Translations under genes and position numbers: made by a program | The notes under the pieces: generated by a model | Seen by the model: only the letters and a program-made list of their open reading frames with translations | Told to the model about the DNA's origin: nothing | The model's database searches: none | Assembly (NCBI GenBank): GCA_000165345.1 | Contig: CM000436.1 | Location: 768,001 to 832,000 of the forward strand | Length of the DNA stretch: 64,000 nucleotides | Reading direction: 5' to 3' | In this document: positions 53,556 through 64,000 of the stretch, piece by piece | How the letters are laid out: every line of letters begins with the position of its first letter | Numbering within the stretch: the stretch's first letter is position 1

Positions 53556-54105
53556 TTACAAAAGCTTATACTCTCCTGTAATTTCATCTATTAATTCTGA
53601 TGGACCTGGACCAATTGCTATCGCTGTGTACTCTCCTGCCGCAATTTGCGTCCTTCCAGCGTCCTTGATTAAACAACTTGTAATATTTTTTTCTTTTGCT
53701 CTCCTTTCAGATTCAAGTAGCTCTTTGAAGCTAACTTTCAAGACAACTTTAGCCTGCCCAGATCTTTCCCAGGCTTCTACCATTTTGGGGTGTCTTTTTA
53801 TCGCTTTTTTATAAGCACCTAGTACTGCGTGCCCACACTGTGAAGCAACTTTTCCTCTACCCATTCCTAAATCTGTTCATAAGCGTGATGACAGTTTAAT
53901 ATTTAACATTTAACTTACCTTGTCTTATGCAAATTGTCATTTTAAAATCGGAATGGTGCCTTAAATTCTCATCTTCAATCTGAATCAACTCGTTTTTTTC
54001 TCTCTTAAATTTTACAAAACTAAATAAAATCACAAAGGAAAATATTGAAATAATAAAAGAATATGAACATTTAATTCCATCACGATATATCTCAATTATA
54101 TTCAT
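53556..54105 (-). CDS. PTH2: Peptidyl-tRNA hydrolase 2 (PTH2), 2 exons
   Basis: Exons 54105..53919 and 53872..53556. Intron 53918..53873 (46 nt, GTAAGT..CAG), phase 1. The track ORF starts at TTG 54114; the first ATG is 54105. The junction produces ..[28 protein letters not shown].., matching the PTH2 core (..VVRTDLGMGKGKIAAQCSHAALG..). N-terminal TM anchor (FIISIFSFVILFSFV). The track splits the gene into two ORFs. Confidence 0.8.
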
Positions 54106-54150
54106 ATTTATCAAAACAAATGAATTCCGCCAACATGATTTTTCATTAAA

Positions 54151-54589
54151 ATGAAGTTAATCAAGAGACGGACTATTTACTTTGAAAATGAAAATATAAA
54201 TGTGATTGTTATTGATTTTGGAGCTTCATTCTATGTATGGGTTGGGAAATTTTCTAACATTGAATTGTTATCTGTATCATTTCCTCTTTCGGTAAGTTGC
54301 AAACGTCAATTTTTTGTGGCTAAACGAAAAATTTCAAGAATAAAAGTATATCCGATGAATTCGCATCCTCATCATTATTAGGAGAGGATGAATTGTGTAC
54401 ATCTATTTCATCGTATTTGTGTAAGTAATTATTTTAAATTTTTGATTTAACTAATTCAATATAGGCAGACAATTGAAAGCACCAATATTACTGAGCATCA
54501 ATACAGGAAATATTGAGATAAGTGATATCAATATTAATGAATTCAAACATTTAATAAATAAAAACATAGTAGATTTGATCATGGAGTAA
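54151..54589 (+). CDS. Proteasome assembly chaperone 3 (PSMG3/PAC3)-like small protein, 3 exons
   Basis: Exons 54151..54291, 54339..54420, 54465..54589. Introns 54292..54338 (47 nt) and 54421..54464 (44 nt), both GTAAGT..AG with consistent phases, giving 115 aa. The protein ..NINVIVIDFGASFYVWVGKFSNIELLSVSFP..SSLLGEDELCTSISSYLCRQLKAPILLSINTGNIEIS..EFKHLINKNI.. parallels human PSMG3 (..HILVVVTQFGKMGTLVSLEP..KVLLGQDEPLIHVFAKNLVAFVSQ..RAVLLAVAVKDKSME..LKALREVI). The track shows only exon 1. Confidence 0.45.
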
Positions 54590-54822
54590 TTTTTAATGGT
54601 ACTCTAAGCTAATTAATGTATAGGTGTCTGGCATTTCTACAACTGCTGTTTTATCGCGCCACTGCCCCCACATAATAAAAGCATGTATATACAAGCTTGT
54701 TTGAACAGTAAATTTATCAAGTTTTAACAGGATTGGTGCTTAAATAGCTATAATAGTTGACGCAGCATGCTTTGATTGGGATAATAGAATTATTAATCAT
54801 TTTCTCAATAATCTTTTAAAGT

Positions 54823-57318
54823 ATGGATCGAATTCGAAGTAAAAAAAGAAATTCTTTTAGAGTTGCAGATATATGTTCGTACAATAGAAAATTCGATGAA
54901 TTCATTAAAACTAGAAGTGAAGACGAACTAAATAATATTTTAACCTCCTGTTTATATTCTTCTACTATTGTAAAGAATGTTGAAGGACAGAATTTTATTT
55001 CAAGAGTGATATCAAAGCTAAGTATCGACATACATAATGAATTGGTCAATATTATAAAATCTTTTGTTCCCAAGCTAAGTTCAAGTTTATTAATATGCTA
55101 TGGAAATATTTTATTTATTCTTTGGCTAGACTATAGTAATCAGAGTAATGAAGAAAGAATGCAAAACCTCGAGGAAGCGATACAAAGAACTTTTTGTATT
55201 GGGTCAATTAAGTTGAACCCCTTAATTGCTCTCAGAATGAGGCTAATTTTACACGGTTTTCATAGTAATCGTGATGACTTTCGAGTAAATAAACTATTAT
55301 TAAGGTTATATGATCCATTAATTTGGAGATATATTTCAGTTGCCAATTGGAAAGTTAGGCTCAATACAACTGCTCTACTTGCAATATTATTCCCATTAAT
55401 TGACCCATCACTTTCTGCAGGAAACTATAATTCGGAACTAGATAATCAATTTTCAATATTACAAAACTTACTTGTTGATAACCATTCGGAAGTAAGGGTA
55501 GCAGCCATTCAGTCTGTTTGTCGAATATTAACATTATATTGGGAGATAACTCCAATTGAGAGAATTCATGAAATTTTATCAACGCTTTCACTAAGATGTA
55601 TTGAAGACAAGCATTCAATTACTGCCAGAGTCGCAGTGGTAAATGGAATTAATGCTATTATAAATAACCCATTATCGCAAAAAATAATAAATGGCTATTT
55701 GCCAAAAATATTTACGTATCTACATGATTTGGATGTTGAAGTAAGGTATTCTGTTGCTTTACTCATTCTCAAAATTTCTAGAATTCAAGGGTTCGATTAC
55801 TCAAAAATTATTTCAAAAAAACAAATTCTTTCAAGGATTTCTAAGGAGTTCATAATTTATCAGCTTAAACAGTCTACGTACTTTTTGAAAAATGGAAATT
55901 TGTACAAACATTCTGAAATAATAATAGACGAAATTTTTGCCAGCGATCAGGAATCTGTATGCGAATCTTTAAAAGTTGCAAGGGTACTTGCAGAGTTGTT
56001 AAACCCTTCAATATTTAACGAAAAGACAAGGGAGCAACTCAAAAACTGTTATTTTTTTTGCGACCTTTGCCCAATAGGGATGGTTGGATATTTTTGTAGC
56101 TTAAAAATTTTGGTAGATGAGACTATTGGAAGAAATATAGAAAATTCTGATCTTTTACGTTTAGCAGTACTTTTGCTCACAACAACAATAGAAAATTACC
56201 AAAAAGATAAAATTACATACAATAAGGCAAAGATTCTGTTGGCATCAAGCAAGGAAATCTTATCAATTTTATTCTCAAACGACTCATCTTTAGTAGATTC
56301 AAACAAAGATTACTACTTGATTCTGAAGTCTAGCGATAAAATAGCAACAAACACCATCCAAATCGCTATTAAATATTTTACAAATACGTGCAATGATGAT
56401 TTTTTGTTAAAAATTGATCCAAACGACAGAATTTGGATAAGTGTACTGCAGTTATTGCAACACCAAACTGTATTGAGATCGAGCTATTATCCAAAATTCT
56501 CAAAAAAAATAATATCAGAATTTTGGAACAATTCTTTATTGGCTTTTAGAAACAAATTAGACGAAAAGGATGCGAGAATACGTTTGGGTGCAATAATTTT
56601 GTTATCAAAGAATTGGGGATTACTAGAAAGTATTGTTCCAATATTGATAGATAGCGCTTGCAATATAATTTCAAATGAATTATCGGCAGATCATGAATTT
56701 AACACAAATTTTGATACCGAGCTTGGCCCCAATGAGTCTGGAGCTTTGTGTATTAACATGCTTTTAAACATATTGGAGTACAATGAAGTAAGGGAATATC
56801 TTTCGAGCAATTTTTCAATACTTAAATACTTAGAAAGTCTAACGAAAAGCATTTTTAATGTTCATTTTTATAAAACTTCACATATATTAGAATGGGATTT
56901 GATGCAGCTAACAAAGAAACTGCTGATATTCTCTTTGACAGTAATTAAGGGCAAGAAATCTTTCTATGAGTTTATTCTAATAATCATTCAAGAAATTGAT
57001 TTCATAAAAAATGATAATAACTGTTCAATTGATAAATTTCTTTTACTGTTCGAGATGCTTGGAATAATACTTTCCATTCCGGATAGTAGTCTTTCTAATG
57101 AAAAAAGAATTATCGAAGAAGTATTGAAGGCATTGGAAAATTTGTCAATCATAATAACTATTTTGGAAAAGAAAGATCAAAGCAATGCATTCAAAATCCA
57201 AGTTAAACAACGAATAAATACATGTTTATCTGCGCTAAAGCAAATTTTAGGAAGCTCACATTTTGAATCGGACACTTATGTAAAAGAAATAAGATCAGGA
57301 TTAGGTAGATTTTCATAA
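54823..57318 (+). CDS. HEAT/ARM-repeat protein (possibly condensin-II CAP-G2-like); function uncertain
   Basis: 831-aa ATG ORF with repeated HEAT-like units (..NHSEVRVAAIQSVCRILTLYWE.., ..HDLDVEVRYSVALLILKIS.., ..EKDARIRLGAIILLSK..). The family assignment is tentative. Confidence 0.45.
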   Translation: MDRIRSKKRNSFRVADICSYNRKFDEFIKTRSEDELNNILTSCLYSSTIVKNVEGQNFISRVISKLSIDIHNELVNIIKSFVPKLSSSLLICYGNILFILWLDYSNQSNEERMQNLEEAIQRTFCIGSIKLNPLIALRMRLILHGFHSNRDDFRVNKLLLRLYDPLIWRYISVANWKVRLNTTALLAILFPLIDPSLSAGNYNSELDNQFSILQNLLVDNHSEVRVAAIQSVCRILTLYWEITPIERIHEILSTLSLRCIEDKHSITARVAVVNGINAIINNPLSQKIINGYLPKIFTYLHDLDVEVRYSVALLILKISRIQGFDYSKIISKKQILSRISKEFIIYQLKQSTYFLKNGNLYKHSEIIIDEIFASDQESVCESLKVARVLAELLNPSIFNEKTREQLKNCYFFCDLCPIGMVGYFCSLKILVDETIGRNIENSDLLRLAVLLLTTTIENYQKDKITYNKAKILLASSKEILSILFSNDSSLVDSNKDYYLILKSSDKIATNTIQIAIKYFTNTCNDDFLLKIDPNDRIWISVLQLLQHQTVLRSSYYPKFSKKIISEFWNNSLLAFRNKLDEKDARIRLGAIILLSKNWGLLESIVPILIDSACNIISNELSADHEFNTNFDTELGPNESGALCINMLLNILEYNEVREYLSSNFSILKYLESLTKSIFNVHFYKTSHILEWDLMQLTKKLLIFSLTVIKGKKSFYEFILIIIQEIDFIKNDNNCSIDKFLLLFEMLGIILSIPDSSLSNEKRIIEEVLKALENLSIIITILEKKDQSNAFKIQVKQRINTCLSALKQILGSSHFESDTYVKEIRSGLGRFS

Positions 57319-57447
57319 ATTAGTAAATAAAAAGCCACCTTTAGCAGTAGGTTTTTGATATTGAAAATTATTTAGTTAATCTAGGATAAGTGGCCGCCAT
57401 AAGAACACTTTGCTTGCGAGCTTGAGATTTCTGTTTGAGAATTGATA

Positions 57448-58635
57448 ATGCGTTTAATAGCAGCCCATATTTTATCGTTTTATCTGACGGTTTTAGAACT
57501 TATTGGAGACGGAAATGTCATTTTTATATTCAAATCATTACAAAGAAATGGATTCCGTCCAGATTTACGTTTAAATGGGCTTCCAACAACCAATGAATTG
57601 TTTCAAGATGCACAAATTTTACAAGAAAAAATGGAAAAAATTAGACTTATGAATTCAATTCGCATTTTTGCACTTGATTTATCTCAGAACTGTATTTTTG
57701 AAGAAAACAAAAGAAACTCATGTGGTGACACGGGAAAGTGTCAGGTAATGGGAAATGAAAGCGACTTGTCTTCAACTCTATTTGGAATTGATAAAGCCAA
57801 TGACATAAATATTGCTGATAATGGGAATTGTAATGAGAAAAAAACGAAGGTAGACATGCTTAAAAACCCACCATCAAACACACAGTATAAAGGTGGCGAA
57901 GTTTGGCGTCACATATATTATGAAATAGAAAAAGTTGATTTTCCTTTACTTAAAAAATTAATATCAGGAGTCCAGAGTAATATTGCTATTCATGCATCTG
58001 AAAGATATAGAAAGATTCGTGACGATGATTATGATTATAGTTTGTTAAATTTCATTAACAAATTTGTATTATTTGAAGATCGAGGAGTAAATCTTTTAGT
58101 TACGTTTCATTATATTGTTCAATCAATTTGTATATTGGGTCCATCATTTGATAAGTTTATGAAAGACTTAGATAACTCGGCTGAAAACACTAAATTAAAA
58201 GAAGAAGTTAAGGATATTTTCAACAAAAGTCATTATTATTCATGCAGACCAGAATACAAGAGAAATATTATTCCTCCTCAGTTTCTTCCAAAACTAGAAA
58301 AATTTTTCAAAACTTTTATTTCTACATTAGGCTGCGTTGAATGCGAAAAGTGTATATTACATGGCACAATTAAAGGCAATACACTCGATTTAACAGTCAA
58401 AGCTTTGGGAGGCTCAAAAAATATTATATTAAACCCCACATATTTTGTAACATATTTAAATGGACTTTACATATTTTCATCCTCAATCACAATAATTGAT
58501 TTGTTCACTTTTAGAGTGAGGATATTCTTGGCTTTCTCATTATTTATTGCAATTGTTTTCTTCTTCTGTTTGAAGCGTAGGGTCAGTTCTTATTTAAATA
58601 AGAGAAGAGAAATTACTCACAAGAAAAAAGAATGA
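57448..58635 (+). CDS. ERO1: ER oxidoreductin ERO1-like thiol oxidase
   Basis: The track ORF starts at TTG 57442; ATG is at 57448 (MRLIAAHILSFYLTVLELIG, a signal peptide). ..LISGVQSNIAIHASERY.. (compare ERO1 LISGLHASINVHLSARYL). Active-site CxxCxxC: ..GCVECEKCILHGTIKGN.. (compare CVGCDKCRLWGKLQ). Shuttle-Cys-like CGDTGKC. C-terminal hydrophobic segment. Confidence 0.75.
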   Translation: MRLIAAHILSFYLTVLELIGDGNVIFIFKSLQRNGFRPDLRLNGLPTTNELFQDAQILQEKMEKIRLMNSIRIFALDLSQNCIFEENKRNSCGDTGKCQVMGNESDLSSTLFGIDKANDINIADNGNCNEKKTKVDMLKNPPSNTQYKGGEVWRHIYYEIEKVDFPLLKKLISGVQSNIAIHASERYRKIRDDDYDYSLLNFINKFVLFEDRGVNLLVTFHYIVQSICILGPSFDKFMKDLDNSAENTKLKEEVKDIFNKSHYYSCRPEYKRNIIPPQFLPKLEKFFKTFISTLGCVECEKCILHGTIKGNTLDLTVKALGGSKNIILNPTYFVTYLNGLYIFSSSITIIDLFTFRVRIFLAFSLFIAIVFFFCLKRRVSSYLNKRREITHKKKE

Positions 58636-58662
58636 TCGAAAAATAGTTAGCATTTATATCTA

Positions 58663-59346
58663 CTATTTTATACACAATGCAACAATAGCTATTTTGCCAT
58701 TTATTCCTATTGGCAAAATAAAATTTTCTTTTATGATTTTTAGTGTGTTTTTAAGAAATTCATCACTTTTGCATACTCCGTGGCTAATTGGACAGGGAAG
58801 CCTTCCATCTAATTCTATTATATGCCCATGATTATTTACAAAAGATACATAATGGAACTCTGATTGATCACAGTCCTTAGTTAGATCTCTTGATGATAAT
58901 TCTTCGTGTAGATACTCAATATTCTTGTCATTTATTAAATAAAACCCTCTTTCTTCGGGTAGATCATTTGGATCACCTTTTAAATTCAATAACATTTTAG
59001 CGATGCTTTCTTCTTCAAGTTCTATTTTATCATTATTCAAAATTGAATGTAAAAGCGCAACTGCACTGCAAGAATTCGTAATGTATTGTTTCATGAACCA
59101 AACGCTCTGGGAGATATTCATTTCACATCCTAATTTATTTCTCTTTTTGCAAATTTTTTCATCATTAATTGGTACTAAAGCTATTAAAGAAATTGGATTT
59201 ATACCACAAAAATAAAATTCAGTCTCTTCTGTTGTGTAAATATCAATAAAGCTAATTTTAGATTTAACACCTAATCCAACGGAATACTCTTCAAGTAATT
59301 TTGGATCAGAAATAAGAGGTTTCCATATTTTGTTTTTTTTGTTCAT
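58663..59346 (-). CDS. Ubiquitin C-terminal hydrolase, UCH-L3-like (peptidase C12)
   Basis: The track ORF starts at GTG 59364; ATG is at 59346 (MNKKNKIWKPLISDP..). Catalytic Cys context ..FMKQYITNSCSAVALLHSILNN.. and His context ..HYVSFVNNHGHIIELDGRLPCPISHG.. match the UCH family. Confidence 0.85.
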   Translation of the reverse strand: MNKKNKIWKPLISDPKLLEEYSVGLGVKSKISFIDIYTTEETEFYFCGINPISLIALVPINDEKICKKRNKLGCEMNISQSVWFMKQYITNSCSAVALLHSILNNDKIELEEESIAKMLLNLKGDPNDLPEERGFYLINDKNIEYLHEELSSRDLTKDCDQSEFHYVSFVNNHGHIIELDGRLPCPISHGVCKSDEFLKNTLKIIKENFILPIGINGKIAIVALCIK

Positions 59347-59429
59347 AAATCTGAATTTTTTCACAGCTGGCGGAAAACTTTGGAAAATTTTTCATTTCAG
59401 CAGAAATGATAATATAAAAATAATAGTTC

Positions 59430-62183
59430 ATGATGAAAGCATTTAATGAACAAAATAAAGAGGAATTTAAAAACCCTCTAACACATTTTGGAAAAGATGA
59501 CAAAATTCATAGCATGCTGTTTGGGCGTTTAACACTGGAGCAAAAGAAGGCAGTATTTACCAACCATGAAAGTTCATTGCTAATTGTTGCAGGTCCAGGG
59601 ACTGGAAAGACTGCAACATTAACATCTAGAATTGTTCGTTTTTTATTGAGTGGATATTCACCAATACTTGCACTAACATTTACTAAGAAGGCAGCAAATG
59701 AACTTAAAAGTAGAGTTTCAATTGTTTACTCATCTTCTTCAAAGATTATTTATTCTAAGTCAAAACAAATAAAGAATGATTTAAGAAATGAAAAGGGTTT
59801 TTCAGATTTTGTTCCGACTCCAGAAATATTTATCGGAACTATTCACTCATTTTGTTGGAAGCTTCTCAAAGAATATGGATCTTTCATCGGCTTACCAAAA
59901 GATATTGCGATAATTGATAAGGAATTGGCAATTAAATTGCTGAAGTCTTGTTTATCTGAAAATTTAAGTAAAGTAACATCTCAATTATCAAATTATTCTT
60001 CACTTATTTTTGATCCAGTCAATTTCGATGAAATCGAGAGAGACGATTTTGATGATGATAACATTTATGATCAAACTCACGATATTAAGGCTGAAAATGA
60101 ACAATGTAGAAATTTATATAATGTAAACAATATAAAAAAAGAAACAGGCATTGACCAAACTACAAAAAATAACGAGTTTGAAAAAGTATTTAAAATTATT
60201 AAACTGATGAAAATAAAAAAATTTTTAAATAAAAGTGAATGCACAATAGATGATGTTAATGGAAATCATGAATTACTAGGAATTTACTACTTATATACCA
60301 AAAAGATGGTGACTCATAAACCTTATTTAGTAGATTACACAGATTTGATTACACTTGCATTAAATTTATTAGAAAATAATATTAATATAAGGGAAAAAAT
60401 TCAAGATTCGTACCCTTATATATTTTGTGATGAGTTTCAAGATACATCTAAATTACAGTTTAAAATACTTGAATTGTTAACTAAAAGCATAATTAATAAA
60501 AAAAGAAAATTTGAAGCTGAGAAATTCACTAGAGATCAAAATCTAAGGAGAGGAGGAATTACTGTGGTTGGTGATGATGATCAAGCAATTTATAGCTGGA
60601 GAGGCGTCGAAACTGGAGTGTTTTCTCGGTTTTCTTCTATGTTTAAAGATAACATTAATTTAATTTATCTCAGCACAAATTTTAGGTCGACTAAATCTAT
60701 AATTCAAGTTTCAAACAACCTTGTAAAAAAAAATAAATTTAGAATATCAAAATTATTAATCAGTAATAATGATTTTGGTGTAGAACCAGTAGTTTATTAT
60801 TTTCCAAAGCAAATTGATGAAATGCATTGGATTGCATCCACAATACTGCTTTTAAAAATGAAGTTTAACTATTCGTGGAGTGAATTCGCTATTTTGGCAA
60901 GAACAAATGATACTCTTTTTTATGTTGAAAAATTATTAAGTGATAAAAAGTTTTTAATCAGTTGTTTGGAAATGCTCCAAGATACTGAGAATATAAACAA
61001 TGAACGAGGCTGGTTTAAGATGATCTCTAATGATTTATTAGATTTTGATATTGACCAATTGAGTCGATACAAATCTGCTGAAATTACTTTTCCTCTCGAA
61101 AATACATCTAGAAATAATCCAAAATTTGCATCTGACTTGCTGTACAGAGCGGAGATATTAGATATTTTATCTTACTGCAGACTGATGATTGATGAAACTG
61201 CAGATGATTGCTTTTTGAGAATTTGCAATCGCCCAAAAAGAGGTATTGGCGATAATGCTATAAAGTTAATAGAAGAATATGGTGCTAAAGGAATCTCGTT
61301 AATGAGGAAATCTACCCAGCCCTTGAACGGAATTTGTGAATTAGACACTTCTGTTTATGGAAATACAACAAACGTATATACATCAATAGTGAGCGTATGC
61401 AGAATGTTAGTATCAAGTAAATTTGAAACAAAATCTAAAATTAATTATAAGTTGCATAAAAAGAGCATAAATTCTATTAAAGCATTCTTAGATTTCTTAG
61501 ATGATTTAAAACAATTCATTAAGAATAAGGTCTCAGTATCAGAAATAATTAATTTAATAGTGAAGAAAATGAATCTTGATAATCAAAATGAAATAATGGT
61601 GAAACAATCTAAAAACAAGAGGTTACTTCAATCTAATTTAGTTGATAACATTAATTCTAATACAGAAGATTCTGAAAAAATAAATTCAAGAAAATTGAGC
61701 ACTTTAAGTTCTATCTCTACCCTTTTAAAGTATTCAGAACCTTACACACCAAACGATGAACAACCTACTGGGTATGAATGCTTACTCTGCTTTCTGCAAG
61801 ATGCATCTAATGGTTTATTACAAATAAAAAAAGGAGAAAAAATATCTTTATCAACTATTCACAGAGCAAAGGGACTTGAATGGAAAGTTGTTTTTATCCC
61901 TAAATTCGTTGACAAAGTATTCCCTTTATATAGAGAATCAGAAAATTTGGAGATAAAGAACGAGTTCGATGAAATCACTATAGAAGAAGAAAGAAGAATT
62001 GTTTATGTGGCATTTACAAGAGCAAAAGAACGACTTTTTGTTAGCGTTCCATTAAATGTTGGAAAACCTTCACCATTTATACAGGACGCAAATCTTTCCA
62101 GTTATAATATAAATTCAAAGGAAAGGGAATTAATTAAACAATTTCCGAGAATAGTAACTGGGAAAAATTGGATAAAAAGTTAG
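59430..62183 (+). CDS. UvrD/Rep/PcrA-family (Srs2/FBH1-like) superfamily-1 DNA helicase
   Basis: SF1 motifs: I VAGPGTGKTATLTSRI; Ia ALTFTKKAANEL; II FCDEFQDTS; III VGDDDQAIYSWRG; IV LSTNFRST; V LSTIHRAKGLEW; VI VYVAFTRAKERLFVS. 917 aa. Confidence 0.85.
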   Translation: MMKAFNEQNKEEFKNPLTHFGKDDKIHSMLFGRLTLEQKKAVFTNHESSLLIVAGPGTGKTATLTSRIVRFLLSGYSPILALTFTKKAANELKSRVSIVYSSSSKIIYSKSKQIKNDLRNEKGFSDFVPTPEIFIGTIHSFCWKLLKEYGSFIGLPKDIAIIDKELAIKLLKSCLSENLSKVTSQLSNYSSLIFDPVNFDEIERDDFDDDNIYDQTHDIKAENEQCRNLYNVNNIKKETGIDQTTKNNEFEKVFKIIKLMKIKKFLNKSECTIDDVNGNHELLGIYYLYTKKMVTHKPYLVDYTDLITLALNLLENNINIREKIQDSYPYIFCDEFQDTSKLQFKILELLTKSIINKKRKFEAEKFTRDQNLRRGGITVVGDDDQAIYSWRGVETGVFSRFSSMFKDNINLIYLSTNFRSTKSIIQVSNNLVKKNKFRISKLLISNNDFGVEPVVYYFPKQIDEMHWIASTILLLKMKFNYSWSEFAILARTNDTLFYVEKLLSDKKFLISCLEMLQDTENINNERGWFKMISNDLLDFDIDQLSRYKSAEITFPLENTSRNNPKFASDLLYRAEILDILSYCRLMIDETADDCFLRICNRPKRGIGDNAIKLIEEYGAKGISLMRKSTQPLNGICELDTSVYGNTTNVYTSIVSVCRMLVSSKFETKSKINYKLHKKSINSIKAFLDFLDDLKQFIKNKVSVSEIINLIVKKMNLDNQNEIMVKQSKNKRLLQSNLVDNINSNTEDSEKINSRKLSTLSSISTLLKYSEPYTPNDEQPTGYECLLCFLQDASNGLLQIKKGEKISLSTIHRAKGLEWKVVFIPKFVDKVFPLYRESENLEIKNEFDEITIEEERRIVYVAFTRAKERLFVSVPLNVGKPSPFIQDANLSSYNINSKERELIKQFPRIVTGKNWIKS

Positions 62184-62195
62184 GGTAATTAAAAC

Positions 62196-63353
62196 TCAAC
62201 ATTCAGCACCATTTTCAATCAAAGCTTCCTCTAACTTAGAAGATAATGGAGGGTTTCTAGATAATTGTTGTAAGCATTTATTTATACTAAAATCTTCAAA
62301 TTCTTCAATGCCATCCGGGGATTTTCTGACAATGTAGAAACATTTGCTACATAAATCATCCTTGTTTGTAGAATTTTCGTGGATCCTAATACAGATTGAA
62401 TCTATTCCTTTGGTTTTCTTTTCACGTTTTGGGTGATACTCCAAGATTGAAAGAAGTACTTTATATGTTAAGCTTTCTTTTTCAAATACGGTATTAACTT
62501 CAGATTGCTCTAAAACTTCTTTAATACATCGCCTTAGATGTTCTATTGATGCAAATGTTTGCCCACCTACAACTATTGGCATTGACATAAATGCCATTTT
62601 TTGTTTATTAAGTTCTTTTTCTCTTTCTTTTTGTATATGTCTTGGAAAGACTGAATTTATTATTTTTCTTGCTTCATCTTGACTAGCAAGTGAAATAGAA
62701 ATATTTTCTTCACCAAATGCCAATTCCATATTCTCAATAAGCGATTTATCATTCTTAAATGGCTTAAGCAAAATATAACATGTACCATCTTGAGTTGTTT
62801 GTGATACATATCTTATTAAATTTTGGCTTTCCGGCTGCAATTCTTTAAGTTTCTCTTTTATAGAATCTTTAACAGAAGACCAAGATGCAGTTTCAGGCAA
62901 ATTTATAATTTTTAAAATACAGCCACCAGCGTGAAGATCTTTACTATTAATTAAATTCTTTTCTTTTGTTTTTTTCTTTGACTCTAAATCGGGTAAATTT
63001 TTATTTAATTTTATCATCGCTTTTCCTTCCTGGTTAAACTCAATCAAGATCACTTCATGACCTTTAAGCGCATCAATAATTTCCTCTTCTTTAGTAATAC
63101 CTAGATTCTTGATTTTTGAACAATTCAAAAGGTAAGAAACAAGTAAACGATTCTCAGGGTCTGAACGCATTATATTCTGGAAGAACGAGTCCGTTTTAAG
63201 ATTTTCATCTGAAAAATAGTACTCTAGTTGTTTAATCAACGAAAATCTAGTCTCTTTTCCAATTACAATTGAATCGGCTTTAATTCTTTTAGGCTCGCAG
63301 TTTCCTCCTATAGGAGAGGGCGATCGTGAGCGAATTTTCTTGATTTCGGTCAT
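62196..63353 (-). CDS. La-motif RNA-binding protein (La/SSB or LARP7-like)
   Basis: The track ORF starts at GTG 63431; the first ATG is 63353 (MTEIKKIRS..). La motif ..LIKQLEYYFSDENLKTDSFFQNIMRSDPENRLLVSYLLNCSKIKNL.., then an RRM-like region ..GCILKIINLPETASWSSVKDSIKEKL... Confidence 0.8.
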   Translation of the reverse strand: MTEIKKIRSRSPSPIGGNCEPKRIKADSIVIGKETRFSLIKQLEYYFSDENLKTDSFFQNIMRSDPENRLLVSYLLNCSKIKNLGITKEEEIIDALKGHEVILIEFNQEGKAMIKLNKNLPDLESKKKTKEKNLINSKDLHAGGCILKIINLPETASWSSVKDSIKEKLKELQPESQNLIRYVSQTTQDGTCYILLKPFKNDKSLIENMELAFGEENISISLASQDEARKIINSVFPRHIQKEREKELNKQKMAFMSMPIVVGGQTFASIEHLRRCIKEVLEQSEVNTVFEKESLTYKVLLSILEYHPKREKKTKGIDSICIRIHENSTNKDDLCSKCFYIVRKSPDGIEEFEDFSINKCLQQLSRNPPLSSKLEEALIENGAEC

Positions 63354-64000
63354 ATTGAATAAAGTATTAATTACAAAGCAGTTAGTAATAATTAACTTTT
63401 TTTTTTTTTTTGCAATTGCGCGTAGCAACACCTAACCATTTACTATAAATATTTAAATCAAAAAAAAAAATTGAAATAAAAAAAGTTTAAAAATTAGTAT
63501 TTTTACAAACCAGAATATTTATCACAGTTTCTAAGCGACTTTTTACAGATGTAGAACTTCCTAATCGTGAAATGAAAAAAAAAAATTAAGTAACAAAGTG
63601 ATGAGCAGGATAAACAAAATACTTTGTGAAATAATGCTTATTCTGTACAGCAAGTTTTAACCATTATTAATTCAAATTATCAATATCTTATTAATTAAAG
63701 ATTTCCCATGTAAGACGAAACGTATATTCGGCACCGGGAATAATATGGCGCTTTAATATATGTCTCAGAAAGCAATTAGTAACTGTTATAAAGGTAAGTT
63801 ATGTTAAAGGCAATTTGAGGATATACTAGTGCCAGTGTCTACGTACAGATCTTATGTATGCCTGAAATACACGCTATTAATGCATAGCTGGAGAGAGAGA
63901 AACGTATAGAGGGGTAGCAATTCTTATGGTTTCTAGTGACTGATACTAGCATAAAAATAACATATTACATACAAGACATCTATATTTATGCCAGTAAAAA

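Noticed and set aside
54151-54381. 76-aa ORF treated as an independent gene
   Set aside because: I reinterpreted it as exon 1 plus intron read-through of the 3-exon PSMG3-like gene. The ORF extends through a GTAAGT donor.

Overview
This window reads as a compact, AT-rich eukaryotic chromosome segment, not prokaryotic. I found about 36 protein-coding genes on both strands, separated by short AT-rich intergenic regions. Large genes are single uninterrupted ORFs. Several small genes instead carry very short introns of 41-50 nt that begin GTAAGT, GTGAGT or GTAAGG and end AG; one proposed intron is 100 nt. The window contains an ApiAP2-type transcription factor gene and has a typical eukaryotic housekeeping gene content, which points to an apicomplexan with Cryptosporidium-like genome organisation; this is an inference from sequence features only. 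Recognisable genes include eEF2, an RFC small subunit, a lung-7TM (GPR107/108-like) receptor, CWC22, exosome RRP4, an SPX-EXS (XPR1/PHO1-like) phosphate transporter, SMC6, a CDKL-like kinase, SWR1/SRCAP ATPase, proteasome activator PA28, valyl-tRNA synthetase, a UTP4/cirhin-like WD40 protein, an ApiAP2 factor, NBP35/NUBP1, PTH2, a PSMG3-like chaperone, ERO1, UCH-L3, a UvrD-like helicase and a La-motif protein. One tRNA-Ile(AAU) gene lies at 17572..17645. At the 5' window edge a ferlin-like multi-C2 gene runs off position 1 on the minus strand. The supplied ORF track misses or fragments the intron-containing genes, and several of its ORFs start at TTG, GTG or CTG rather than ATG; I give corrected starts below. 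There is no CRISPR array, no mobile element and no prokaryotic defence or operon-like system. The more unusual observations are an NBP35 with an N-terminal transmembrane extension and no C-terminal CPxC motif; a GATA-like finger with an expanded loop; a recurrent TGTGTGCG/TACACAC intergenic motif; composite G-box, E2F-like and inverted-repeat promoter blocks; and several newly assembled spliced gene models.
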